This document shows positions 9,229 to 17,634 of a stretch of 64,000 nt of DNA, piece by piece. The position numbers were made by a program, and so were the translations under genes. The DNA is from Solirubrobacteraceae bacterium (GTDB lineage Bacteria > Actinomycetota > Thermoleophilia > Solirubrobacterales > Solirubrobacteraceae), in NCBI GenBank assembly GCA_036498325.1, contig DASYFR010000038.1, forward strand, positions 17,679 through 81,678, given 5' to 3'. Numbering within the stretch: position 1 is the first letter of the stretch; every line of letters starts with the position of its first letter. The notes under the pieces were generated by a model. The model did no database searches. It was not told the DNA's origin and saw only the letters and a list, made by a program, of their open reading frames with translations.

Positions 9229-11126
9229 GCACTACAGCCGCGGCTGCTTCCACCCCCCAGCCCCTCGGTCGCCCGCTGTGGCGCCGCCTGTTGGGGTTCA
9301 ACCTGCTGACCGCCGTGCTCCTCGGCGTCGGCGGCTACTACCTCGGCTGGTTCATCGGCCATCAGATCGACGGCAAAAGCTTCGAATTCCGGGAAAAAAT
9401 CGATGAGAACGACGTCGCGCTCCTGCTCGCCTACTTCTTCGGCGTCGTCGGCTTCCTGATCGGCCTGGGCTTCGCCAACTACCCGATCTCACGGCTGCTC
9501 GGCCGGCCGGCCTCGCTGCGCGAGAAAGAGGAGCACGGGATCGGACGCTACTTCGGCCTGTGCACCGACCACAAGGTCGTCGGGCTCCAGTACCTGGTCG
9601 GAATCGGCGTGTTCTTCTTCGTCGGCGGGCTCAACGCGATGCTGATCCGCGCCGAGCTGCTGCACGCGAGCCCGACCTTCGTGGGGCCCAACCAGTACAT
9701 CTCGCTCGTCGGCATGCACGGCACGATGATGATGGGGATGATGACCTCCGGCATCCTCGGCCCGTTCGCCAACTACTTCGTGCCGATCATGATCGGGGCC
9801 CGCAGGATGGCCTTTCCGCGGATCGAGGCGCTGACCTTCTGGCTGCTGATGGCCGCCGGCTTCATCCTCGTCTCGACGATCTTCTTCGGCGGCTTCCCGA
9901 CCGGCTGGACGGGCTACCAGCCGCTCAACGACCAAGCCGTGATGGGGATGGACTCCTACATCTGCTTCTTCGCGCTCGTCGGCATTTCGATGTGTCTGCT
10001 CGGGCTCAACATGATGGCCACGATCATCACGATGCGCGCTCCCGGCCTGACGTGGTCGCGGCTGCCGATCTTCGTGTGGTCGGTGTTCGCGACGTCCGTG
10101 CTGATGGTGCTCGCGGCGCCGATGCTGATCGCGACGCTGTTGATGGCGGCGCTCGACCGCTCGATCAACACCTCGTTCTTCGTCTCGGGCGGCGGCGGCA
10201 GCTCCTACCTGTTCGAGAACCTGTTCTGGTTCTTCGGGCACCCCGAGGTCTACATCCTCGCGCTGCCCGGCTTCGGCATCGTGCTCGAGCTGCTGCCCGT
10301 CTTCACGCGCAAGCCGCTGTGGGGCTACCGGCTGGCGGTCTCGGGGATGCTCGGCGTGAGCCTGCTGAGCTTCTTCGTCTGGCAGCACCACCTGTTCGTC
10401 AGCGGCATCAACGCCGACCTGCGGCCGTTCTACATGCTCTCGACGGAGATCATCTCGATCCCCACGGGCTTCATCTTCCTGTGCGTGATGGGCACGCTGT
10501 GGAAGGCGCGAACATCGTTCTCCGTGCCGATGCTGTTCTGCCTGGCGTGGGCCTTCAACTTCCTGATCGGTGGTCTCTCCGGCGTGTTCCTGTCGGACAC
10601 ACCCAGCGACACGACCACGCACGGCAGCTTCTTCGTGATGGCGCACTTCCACTACACGATCATGGGCGGGCTGATCTTCACGTTCTTCGCCGCGATCTAC
10701 TACTGGGTCCCCAAGATGACCGGCCTGCGCTTCAACGAGCGCCTCGCGAAGATCCACTTCTGGAGCATGTTCATCGCGTTCAACTCGACCTTCCTGCCGC
10801 TGTTCGCGCTGGGCATGGAGGGCATGCCCAGGCGGGTCTCCTTCTATGAACCGAAGCTCCACACGCTCAATGTGTGGGTCTCGATCTCGGCCTTCGTCCT
10901 GGGCGTCTCGATGCTCGTGTTCATCGTCAACACCGTCTACTCGCTGATCTTCGTGCGAATCAAAGCCGAGCACAATCCGTGGCGCTCGAAGTCGCTCGAG
11001 TGGCAGGTGCCGACGCCCGTGCCCGTCAACAACTTCGAACAGATCCCGGTGTTCGACTCCGACCCCTACGACTACGGCACCCCGCTGCCGGTGGGCCCGG
11101 GCCGGCCGGCGACGGCCGGGACCTGA
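9225..11126 (+). CDS. ctaD: Heme-copper oxidase subunit I, A1-type motif, with N-terminal extension
   Basis: TDHK, GMHG, FGHPEVY, WQHH, AHFHY; ATGA overlap with ctaC. Confidence 0.95.
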   Translation: MSTTAAAASTPQPLGRPLWRRLLGFNLLTAVLLGVGGYYLGWFIGHQIDGKSFEFREKIDENDVALLLAYFFGVVGFLIGLGFANYPISRLLGRPASLREKEEHGIGRYFGLCTDHKVVGLQYLVGIGVFFFVGGLNAMLIRAELLHASPTFVGPNQYISLVGMHGTMMMGMMTSGILGPFANYFVPIMIGARRMAFPRIEALTFWLLMAAGFILVSTIFFGGFPTGWTGYQPLNDQAVMGMDSYICFFALVGISMCLLGLNMMATIITMRAPGLTWSRLPIFVWSVFATSVLMVLAAPMLIATLLMAALDRSINTSFFVSGGGGSSYLFENLFWFFGHPEVYILALPGFGIVLELLPVFTRKPLWGYRLAVSGMLGVSLLSFFVWQHHLFVSGINADLRPFYMLSTEIISIPTGFIFLCVMGTLWKARTSFSVPMLFCLAWAFNFLIGGLSGVFLSDTPSDTTTHGSFFVMAHFHYTIMGGLIFTFFAAIYYWVPKMTGLRFNERLAKIHFWSMFIAFNSTFLPLFALGMEGMPRRVSFYEPKLHTLNVWVSISAFVLGVSMLVFIVNTVYSLIFVRIKAEHNPWRSKSLEWQVPTPVPVNNFEQIPVFDSDPYDYGTPLPVGPGRPATAGT

Positions 11127-11129
11127 GCA

Positions 11130-11825
11130 ATGTCCGCGTACGAGCCGAGCGCCGGCGAACAGCAGCCACTTGGGCGGATGATCCCGCCGGTCCCCCACGG
11201 AGTCGAGATCCCGCCCGAGCCGGCCGACGTCGGCGCCCGCGCGCTGTCGGTCGCCGCCCGCCTGCTGTGCGGCGCGAGCACGTTCTTCTTCCTCGCGTTC
11301 GTGTTCGCCTACTTCTATTTGCGCTCGCTCAACCAGGATCACATGTGGCGACCGGCGCACGTGAAACCCGATCAGGGTCTGGGCGCCGCGTTCGTCGCCT
11401 GCGTCGTGCTCAGCGTGCTCGCCACGTTCATCGCCGGCCGCCAGATGAAGGCCGGCTCGCGCAGCTGGACCGGTGCGGCGTTCGCGGGCGTCGTGCTCGG
11501 GCTGCTCGCGATCGTCTTCCAGTGCATCGCGTACACCCAGCAGCACTTCGGCCCCACCGACGGCGCCTTCGCGAGCGTCTTCTGCGCCTGGAGCGGCCTC
11601 TACCTGATCGCGGTGCTCGGCACGATGTACTGGCTCGAGACGCAGGTCGCCACCGAGTTTCGCGCACGCCGGCTGCCGGCGCACCGGACAACCGAGCAAA
11701 AGGACGGCGCCGACATCGCCGACCCCGACCTGCTGATCGCCCCCGGCCTCGACGCCGCCGTCTTCTATTGGGGCTTTCTGGGCGGCATCGGTGTCCTGAC
11801 GTACATCGTCCTCTACCTCGTGTAG
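11130..11825 (+). CDS. ctaE: Cytochrome c oxidase subunit III-like
   Basis: FFLAFVFAYFYLR, GAFASVF and FYWGF hydrophobic pattern; position in operon. Confidence 0.75.
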   Translation: MSAYEPSAGEQQPLGRMIPPVPHGVEIPPEPADVGARALSVAARLLCGASTFFFLAFVFAYFYLRSLNQDHMWRPAHVKPDQGLGAAFVACVVLSVLATFIAGRQMKAGSRSWTGAAFAGVVLGLLAIVFQCIAYTQQHFGPTDGAFASVFCAWSGLYLIAVLGTMYWLETQVATEFRARRLPAHRTTEQKDGADIADPDLLIAPGLDAAVFYWGFLGGIGVLTYIVLYLV

Positions 11826-12700
11826 TGCCCGTCACGGCTGCAGCCCGGGTCGGCCTCGCCGACTGGTCGCTGAACCCGCCGCTCGTCCTCTGTGCGCTGC
11901 TCGCGCTGCTCTACTGGCTGGGGTCGCGGCGCACGGTCACACCCGCGCTCAAGCGCACGGCCCAGCACTGGCGCAGCGCCGCTTTCTACGGCGCGCTGGC
12001 GGTGCTCCTGCTCGCGCTCTGCTCACCGCTGGACACGCTCAGCGACAAGCTGTTCTGGGCGCACATGGTCCAGCACGTGCTGCTGATGCTCGTCGCGGCG
12101 CCGCTGATCGTGCTCTCACAGCCGTGGATCCGGCTGTGGCGCTGCCTGCCCCTCGAGAGCCGGCGCTGGCTCGCACGCGGTCTCAGCCACGGGCGCCGGA
12201 CCGCGCCGCTGCGCGCGATCAGCGCCTTCGTCGGGCGACCCGCGCCGAGCTTCATCGCGTTCTCCGTCGTGCTGCTCGGCTGGCACATCCCGTCCCTGTT
12301 CGACGCGACGCTGCGCTCGGAAGCCGTGCACGCCCTCGAGCACAGCCTCTTCTTCCTGACGGCCGTGCTGTTCTTCAAGCAGGTCATTCCCTCGCCCCCG
12401 CTGCGCATCAGACTGACGCCACAGCTGCGCGTCGGCTACGCGATCGGCGCGATGATCGTCGGCTGGCTGCTAGCCGTCGTGCTCGCGCTCGCGCCGAACC
12501 CCCTGTATGCGCACTACGCCCACGAGCTCTCGCGCCCGGGCGGCATCTCGGCACTCGCCGACCAGCAGCTCGCAGCAGGAATAATGTGGGTGCCGGGATC
12601 GGTCACCTTCTTGATCATCGTCTTCGTCTATGTCCACCGCTGGCTGATGCCTGGCGAGCCCGGTAGCACTCCGGCCCGCAGGCTGGCGAGCGAGCACTAG
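11825..12700 (+). CDS. ctaG: Cytochrome c oxidase assembly factor, Caa3_CtaG family
   Basis: SPLD, FWAHMVQHVLLM, WHIP, EH, DQQLAAGIMWVPG motifs. Confidence 0.88.
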   Translation: MPVTAAARVGLADWSLNPPLVLCALLALLYWLGSRRTVTPALKRTAQHWRSAAFYGALAVLLLALCSPLDTLSDKLFWAHMVQHVLLMLVAAPLIVLSQPWIRLWRCLPLESRRWLARGLSHGRRTAPLRAISAFVGRPAPSFIAFSVVLLGWHIPSLFDATLRSEAVHALEHSLFFLTAVLFFKQVIPSPPLRIRLTPQLRVGYAIGAMIVGWLLAVVLALAPNPLYAHYAHELSRPGGISALADQQLAAGIMWVPGSVTFLIIVFVYVHRWLMPGEPGSTPARRLASEH

Positions 12701-12708
12701 GAGGGCTC

Positions 12709-12843
12709 ATGCCAGACGCCGTTCCGATCGCAGCAAGCTTCCTCACCGGCTCGATCCTCTCGCTCGTGCTACCGCTGGGCGTGCTGATCCTCATCGCCAT
12801 CTGGTACGTCGTGCTGTGGCGGCGCGGCTCGGGCGAACGCTAG
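12709..12843 (+). CDS. 44-aa single-TM protein, absent from the ORF track
   Basis: AGGAGG RBS overlaps the ctaG stop; MPDAVPIAASFLTGSILSLVLPLGVLILIAIWYVVLWRRGSGER*. Confidence 0.75.
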   Translation: MPDAVPIAASFLTGSILSLVLPLGVLILIAIWYVVLWRRGSGER

Positions 12844-12864
12844 CGCCGTCGAGCTCGGCCGCAG

Positions 12865-13035
12865 CTACGGCAGCAGGCTGCCGTCGGTCTCGGGTGCGCG
12901 ACGCCTACGCCGGCGACGACGCCGGCTTGGTCGATGCGGCTCCAGCTTCGTGGGCCGCGTCATCAGAAACGCGAGACCGCCAAGCAGAGCGACCGCCAGG
13001 ACGACGAGGAGAATGATCGCAACGGTTAGGGACAT
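12865..13035 (-). CDS. 56-aa membrane protein with poly-Arg tail
   Basis: GAGGG RBS; TM helix followed by PSRRRRRRRRRAP. Confidence 0.5.
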   Translation of the reverse strand: MSLTVAIILLVVLAVALLGGLAFLMTRPTKLEPHRPSRRRRRRRRRAPETDGSLLP

Positions 13036-13122
13036 ACCCTCTTGATTCCCCGCCGGCCGGACGCGCAAACGGGGATGGCTCGCGACTGACAGCCGGCCAC
13101 GGGAAGGGTTCGTCCGGCGCCC

Positions 13123-14463
13123 CTAAAGCTCGACGAGCGCGCGGAAGCGCTCGCCGCGATCCTCGAAGTCGCGGTAGTGGTCATAGCTCGGTGCGCCCGG
13201 CGAGAGCAGGATGACGGCACCGGGCTGGGACAGCTCGCGTGCGGTCGCGACCGCGCTCTGCATCCCGCTCGTCTCGATCGCACGCCCCGCAGCGACACCG
13301 GCGCCGCGCGCCGCGGCGACGAGGCGCGCACCGGTCGAGGGCAGTCCGACGAGCGCCGCTCCGCGGCCGGCGAGCTCGCTCGCCAGCTGCGAGTAGTCCT
13401 GACCCCGGTCCTGGCCGCCGCCGATCAGCACGATCTCGCGCTCGGGGTAGCTCGCGAGCGCGGCGAGCGTGGACTCCGGCGTCGTCGAGATACTGTCGTC
13501 GACCCACAGGACACCTTCGCGCTCGGCCACGGTCTCCAGTCGGTGTGGCAGCGCCTGGAATCCGCTCAGCGCCTGCGCCAGCGGCGGCGCCGGGACGCCC
13601 GCGGCTGCCAGCGCGGTCAAGGCGCCGCAGAGGTTGAGCGCGTTGTGCTCCCCCGGCAGCGGCAGATCGGCCCGCCCGAGGGCCAGCTCGCCGCGCAGCT
13701 CGATCCCGCCGGCCGTCACGTCCCACCCGTCGGGGGCTCCGTAGGGCACGAGCGTGACGTCCGCGCCGAGCGCGGCTTCCATCAGCGGCTCGCTGCGCGA
13801 GTTCAGGACCGCAACCTTGACTCCCGGGAGCGTGAGCAGCCGCAGCTTGTCGGCGCGGTAGGCCTGCTCGGAACCGTGCCAGTCGGTGTGCTCGCGGAAC
13901 AGGTTGGTCACGAGCGCGACCTCGGGCCCGCACTCCAGGTCGGCGATCTGGTAGCTGGAGAGCTCCAGCACGACGACATCCGCGGCCTCTCCGTCGAGCA
14001 GCTCGATCGCCGGCGCTCCGATGTTCCCGGCCAGGCGCGCGCGACGACCGGCCGCGCGCGCGAGCTCGAAGGCGAGCGCCGCCGTCGTGCTCTTTCCCTT
14101 GGTGCCCGTCACCCCGATCACCCCGCCACCGCCGTGCTCGGCGAGCCACAGCGAAGTGGCCGTCGTGACCGGCACGCCGGCCGCGCGCAGGGCCACGAGC
14201 TCAGCACGGTGCGCGGAGACCCCCGGCGAGCGCACCACGAGCTCGCAGTCCGCGAGCGCGGCCAGCGCGTCGGCGGCATTGGCGATGCGCGCCTGCGGCG
14301 CGCCGAGGGCGCTGCGCACATCAGCCTCGGGAATGACGTCGAAGACCGCCGCCCGGATGCTCGCGCCGGGCAGGCGGCGGGCGAGCTGAGCGGCGAAGGA
14401 ACGCACCTCGCGCCCGGCGCCCCATACGCCGATGCGGGCGCCGTCAAGCTCCGAGAAGCGCAC
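13123..14463 (-). CDS. murD: UDP-MurNAc-L-Ala:glutamate ligase, MurD2 type (partner of MurL)
   Basis: GVTGTKGKSTT, GNIG, LELSSYQ, HRLE, DDSISTTPES, LSPGAPSYD; overlaps murL. Confidence 0.85.
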   Translation of the reverse strand: MRFSELDGARIGVWGAGREVRSFAAQLARRLPGASIRAAVFDVIPEADVRSALGAPQARIANAADALAALADCELVVRSPGVSAHRAELVALRAAGVPVTTATSLWLAEHGGGGVIGVTGTKGKSTTAALAFELARAAGRRARLAGNIGAPAIELLDGEAADVVVLELSSYQIADLECGPEVALVTNLFREHTDWHGSEQAYRADKLRLLTLPGVKVAVLNSRSEPLMEAALGADVTLVPYGAPDGWDVTAGGIELRGELALGRADLPLPGEHNALNLCGALTALAAAGVPAPPLAQALSGFQALPHRLETVAEREGVLWVDDSISTTPESTLAALASYPEREIVLIGGGQDRGQDYSQLASELAGRGAALVGLPSTGARLVAAARGAGVAAGRAIETSGMQSAVATARELSQPGAVILLSPGAPSYDHYRDFEDRGERFRALVEL

Positions 14464-15865
14464 GGACGTCCGGGAGCAGCGCGTCGGGCACGTCATGATC
14501 GTCGCTCAGCGCGAGCACAGCATCCGGGTCGCCGGCGCTTGCGGGATGCCGCGGCAGCACCTCGGCCACGAGGCGTCGCACCACGCTGTGATCGCGCCAG
14601 CGCGGATCGCGCGCGAGCAGGCGGATCGCGGCGAGGCTCTCCTGCTCCTCGCCGACGCACTCGAACGGCTTGTGGCCGCCCGTCGCGGTCAGCAGCGCAA
14701 ATCCGTCGAACTGGAGCTCGTCGGCGAGCAGGTCGGCGCCGAACACCGCGCGCAGATGCTCGGGCGAGCTGAACGGTGCGAGCACGAGGTACACGAAGCG
14801 GCACTTCGGACAGTCACAGCACCAGGCGGCGGCGCGCAGGGCGGGGTCCAGTCGGAAGATCTTGTTGCAGCTCGTGAAGGCCCCGTGGTAGGGCTCGAGG
14901 CGAGCGAAGGCGCGGGCGATCGCGAGCTCGGAGGCGGGGCGCAGGATCGAGAAGCACCCGACGCCCGCGTCGAGCTCGGCGAGCGCGGCCGTCAGCAGTC
15001 GCTCCGCGCGCAGGCCCTTGCTGAACTGGTGGTTGACGTCGATGCCCTGCCACGACAGGTTGCCGGCCGAGGCGGAGCGCTCGTTGGCCATCGCGACCGA
15101 CTCGAAGCCGTTGAGCGCGGCCGTGAGCGCCGCCACACAGGAGACGATCGCTGTGATCGGCACGTGTCCGTTGAGAGCTCCAGACTCGTTCAAGGCGGCG
15201 ATGCACGGGTCGAGGCGCCTCCGCACGAGCAGGTGGGGAAGCCCGGCGACCGCGACCGTGCGCGCGATCGGCCGGGCGTCGCCGATCGAGAACAGCGCCG
15301 TCTGCGCCCCCGAGCGGCGCACGATCTCGAGCGCCACCGCGGAGTCCTTGCCGCCGCCGACGGGCACGAGGATCCGCCGCGGTGAGCCGGCGGCGAGCGC
15401 AGCTGAGTCCGCGTGCTCTGCCGGCGACTCGTCCGCGTCCCGGCCCGACCCAGCCCCCCGTGCCCTCACGGCTGTCCGTGGAAAGCGAGGGCGCGGCAGC
15501 TCGGCGAGCGCGTTGGTGTAGGCGAACTCGCCGAGGCCCTCTGAGTAGAGGGCCTCGAGCAGCGCGGCCACGGCCGGCGACGGAGCGCCGCCCTCGCACA
15601 GCACCTGCGCCGGCGCGGCGGTCTTGTAGTAGCTGACGCCCGCGACCCAGTGCAGCAGCGAGAGCAACCCGTCAGCCCGCTCCAGCTCGCGGTCGGCCAG
15701 CTCGCCGGTGACCGGCAGGTCGAGCTCCTCGACGAACACGACCTCGTCGTCGAGCGCGTAACGGAGGGTCACGTGCCCGTGCGCATCCAGCTCCCTGGAG
15801 GTGAAGCGAAAGCTCTGAAACGCGGCTGGATCGAACCTCTGGCGCAGCTTGGCATCGGCGGCCAT
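14444..15865 (-). CDS. murL: UDP-MurNAc-L-Ala-L-Glu epimerase
   Basis: GGGKDS, ANERSA, NHQFSKG, FTSCN, WCCDCPKCRFV, KPFECVGE; adjacent MurD paralogue. Confidence 0.85.
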   Translation of the reverse strand: MAADAKLRQRFDPAAFQSFRFTSRELDAHGHVTLRYALDDEVVFVEELDLPVTGELADRELERADGLLSLLHWVAGVSYYKTAAPAQVLCEGGAPSPAVAALLEALYSEGLGEFAYTNALAELPRPRFPRTAVRARGAGSGRDADESPAEHADSAALAAGSPRRILVPVGGGKDSAVALEIVRRSGAQTALFSIGDARPIARTVAVAGLPHLLVRRRLDPCIAALNESGALNGHVPITAIVSCVAALTAALNGFESVAMANERSASAGNLSWQGIDVNHQFSKGLRAERLLTAALAELDAGVGCFSILRPASELAIARAFARLEPYHGAFTSCNKIFRLDPALRAAAWCCDCPKCRFVYLVLAPFSSPEHLRAVFGADLLADELQFDGFALLTATGGHKPFECVGEEQESLAAIRLLARDPRWRDHSVVRRLVAEVLPRHPASAGDPDAVLALSDDHDVPDALLPDVRALLGA

Positions 15866-15891
15866 GACCTCAGCCTAGATGCACCGGCGGC

Positions 15892-17286
15892 TCAAGCGCC
15901 GGTCGCAGCTGCCGGGCGAGCGCCGCGCCGGCGGGAGGCGACGACGCGTGCGCCTGCGTCGGGCGCGAATGACACCGAGCTCCGCCTCGCGCCCTCCGAG
16001 CGCGTACCGGCAGCGCGCAGGTCGACCTCGCGCAGAACCGTCCTGATCACCTGCTTCATCTCGAGCTGGGCGAAGACGACCGCCACGCAGCGACGCACCC
16101 CGCCGCCGAAGGGAATCCACGTATACGTCGTGGCGGGCGTCGCCAGGAAGCGCTCCGGCTCGAAGCTCAGCGGCCGCGGGTAGATGTCGGGATCGCGGTG
16201 CATCAGGAACACGCACGGTGCGACGATCGTGCCCGGCGCAATCGCAAAGCCGCCGAGCTCCATCGGCTCGAGCAGCCGCCGCATCACCACGGGCACGGCG
16301 GGGCACAGCCGCAGCGTCTCCTTGACGACCGCGTCGAGATACTCCTCGCCGTCACCCGCGAGCACCTCCTCGCGCAGACGCGCAAGCTTGTCGGGGTGGC
16401 GCAGCAGCCGCTCGAACGCCCACGCCAGCGAGGTCGCGGTCGGTCCGTCGGAGAGCAGCGTGAGGAGTTCGTCGCGCACCTTCTGCTCGCTCATCTGCTC
16501 GCCGTCCTCGTCGTGGGCTCGCTCGAGCAGCGCAAACAGGTCCTCGCGTCCGCGCGCGTCCGGCGCGGCGCGACGCTCGCGGACCTCAGCCATCGCGACC
16601 TCCTCGACCGCTCGCATTGCCGCACGAAACCGGGGCGCGGAGGTGATCGAGCGCGAGCCGACGGCTGCGAGCAGCGCGAGGCGATGCCGGTCATTGGTCC
16701 GCTCGGTCAGCGTGAGGAGCCGTGTACGCAGGCGATCGCGGCGCTCACCGGCCATCTCGTCGAACACCGCGCGCATCACGACCTCCAGGCTGATCGCCTG
16801 CATGCGGGGCCACAGTTCGAACGGCTCGCCGATCGGCCAGCGCTCGATCTCCCGGGCAGCGACGTCGACGATCATCTCGCCGTATGCCCGCATGCGCTCG
16901 CCGTGGAAGGCGGGCAGCATCCGCCGGCGATCGCTCAGATGCCGAGGCTCGTCCTCGAGCATCAGCGAACGGGGACCGAGCAGCGGCGCCAACAGGGGGT
17001 TGGCGTCCCCGGCTGCGGCGCCCATCAGCGCGGCATCGGCCGTGAACACCTGCTTGACGTGCTCCGGACGGGTCACGAACACCCACGGCCGCGCGCGACG
17101 CACGCGCAGGGTGAAGATGTCGCCGTAGCGACGGCGGCAGCGCTCCATCACCGGGAGTGGCCGGAGCGCCCACGCGAGCGCCTGCAGCTCGCTCGGCGTG
17201 CGCGGACCGGGCGGCAGCGGCGAGTCCAGACGGGCGCGCCTTTCACCGTCATTCGCCCGCCTTTCACCGTCACTCCAGCCCGTCAT
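15892..17286 (-). CDS. Cytochrome P450 with non-canonical I-helix
   Basis: ETLR, PERF and FGGGVRRCVA heme-Cys motif; I-helix reads LLTLLSDGPTATSLAW. Start uncertain (17313 or 17286). Confidence 0.88.
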   Translation of the reverse strand: MTGWSDGERRANDGERRARLDSPLPPGPRTPSELQALAWALRPLPVMERCRRRYGDIFTLRVRRARPWVFVTRPEHVKQVFTADAALMGAAAGDANPLLAPLLGPRSLMLEDEPRHLSDRRRMLPAFHGERMRAYGEMIVDVAAREIERWPIGEPFELWPRMQAISLEVVMRAVFDEMAGERRDRLRTRLLTLTERTNDRHRLALLAAVGSRSITSAPRFRAAMRAVEEVAMAEVRERRAAPDARGREDLFALLERAHDEDGEQMSEQKVRDELLTLLSDGPTATSLAWAFERLLRHPDKLARLREEVLAGDGEEYLDAVVKETLRLCPAVPVVMRRLLEPMELGGFAIAPGTIVAPCVFLMHRDPDIYPRPLSFEPERFLATPATTYTWIPFGGGVRRCVAVVFAQLEMKQVIRTVLREVDLRAAGTRSEGARRSSVSFAPDAGARVVASRRRGARPAAATGA

Positions 17287-17422
17287 GTCTCCGACTCTGC
17301 CGATGTGGCGCATGTTTCTCTCTTTTGCATGTTCGCTCGGATTGTCTCTCTCGTAAGCGATCCGCCGTTGTACGCGGATTTCAGGGCTTTTGCGCGCGCC
17401 AAATCAGCTCCCGGGGCGCGAT

Positions 17423-17488
17423 TCACCTTGACTGGGTGAGTCCGTGCGAATTAGCATAATCGAGACGTTGGTGATTGTCACTCACCAA
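17423..17488 (+). promoter_or_regulatory. Sigma-A-like promoter for the tRNA/aaRS operon with TCACC/GGTGA inverted repeats
   Basis: TTGACT 17428-33 and TAGCAT 17452-57; TCACC-N7-GGTGA 17423-39; TTGGTGA-N7-TCACCAA 17468-88. Confidence 0.55.
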
Positions 17489-17533
17489 TACGGGCCCGCG
17501 GGTAACACGCCGGCGGACAAGCCAGCTCGATGC

Positions 17534-17606
17534 GCACCAGTACCTTAATCGGTGAAAGGGCCGGTCTTAAACACCGGCGATCCGGGTTCGAGCCCCGGCT
17601 GGTGCA
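17534..17606 (+). tRNA. Atypical tRNA, anticodon TAA (Leu-type), class I body with 4-nt variable loop; CCA not encoded
   Basis: Hand-folded cloverleaf, all stems fully paired: GCACCAG/CTGGTGC, CCTT/AAGG, CCGGT-CTTAAAC-ACCGG, variable CGAT, CCGGG-TTCGAGC-CCCGG, discriminator A. Confidence 0.88.
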
Positions 17607-17634
17607 TGGTGTTTCACAACATCATCGCCGCGAC

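Noticed and set aside
17568-17570. tRNA as an ochre (UAA stop) suppressor
   Set aside because: The anticodon 5'-UAA-3' reads UUA/UUG; an ochre suppressor would need anticodon UUA.
17530-17634. ORF-track start of the aaRS running through the tRNA (includes an in-frame TTA)
   Set aside because: This segment is the tRNA itself; ATG 17635 is the more plausible start. The in-frame overlap is probably chance.
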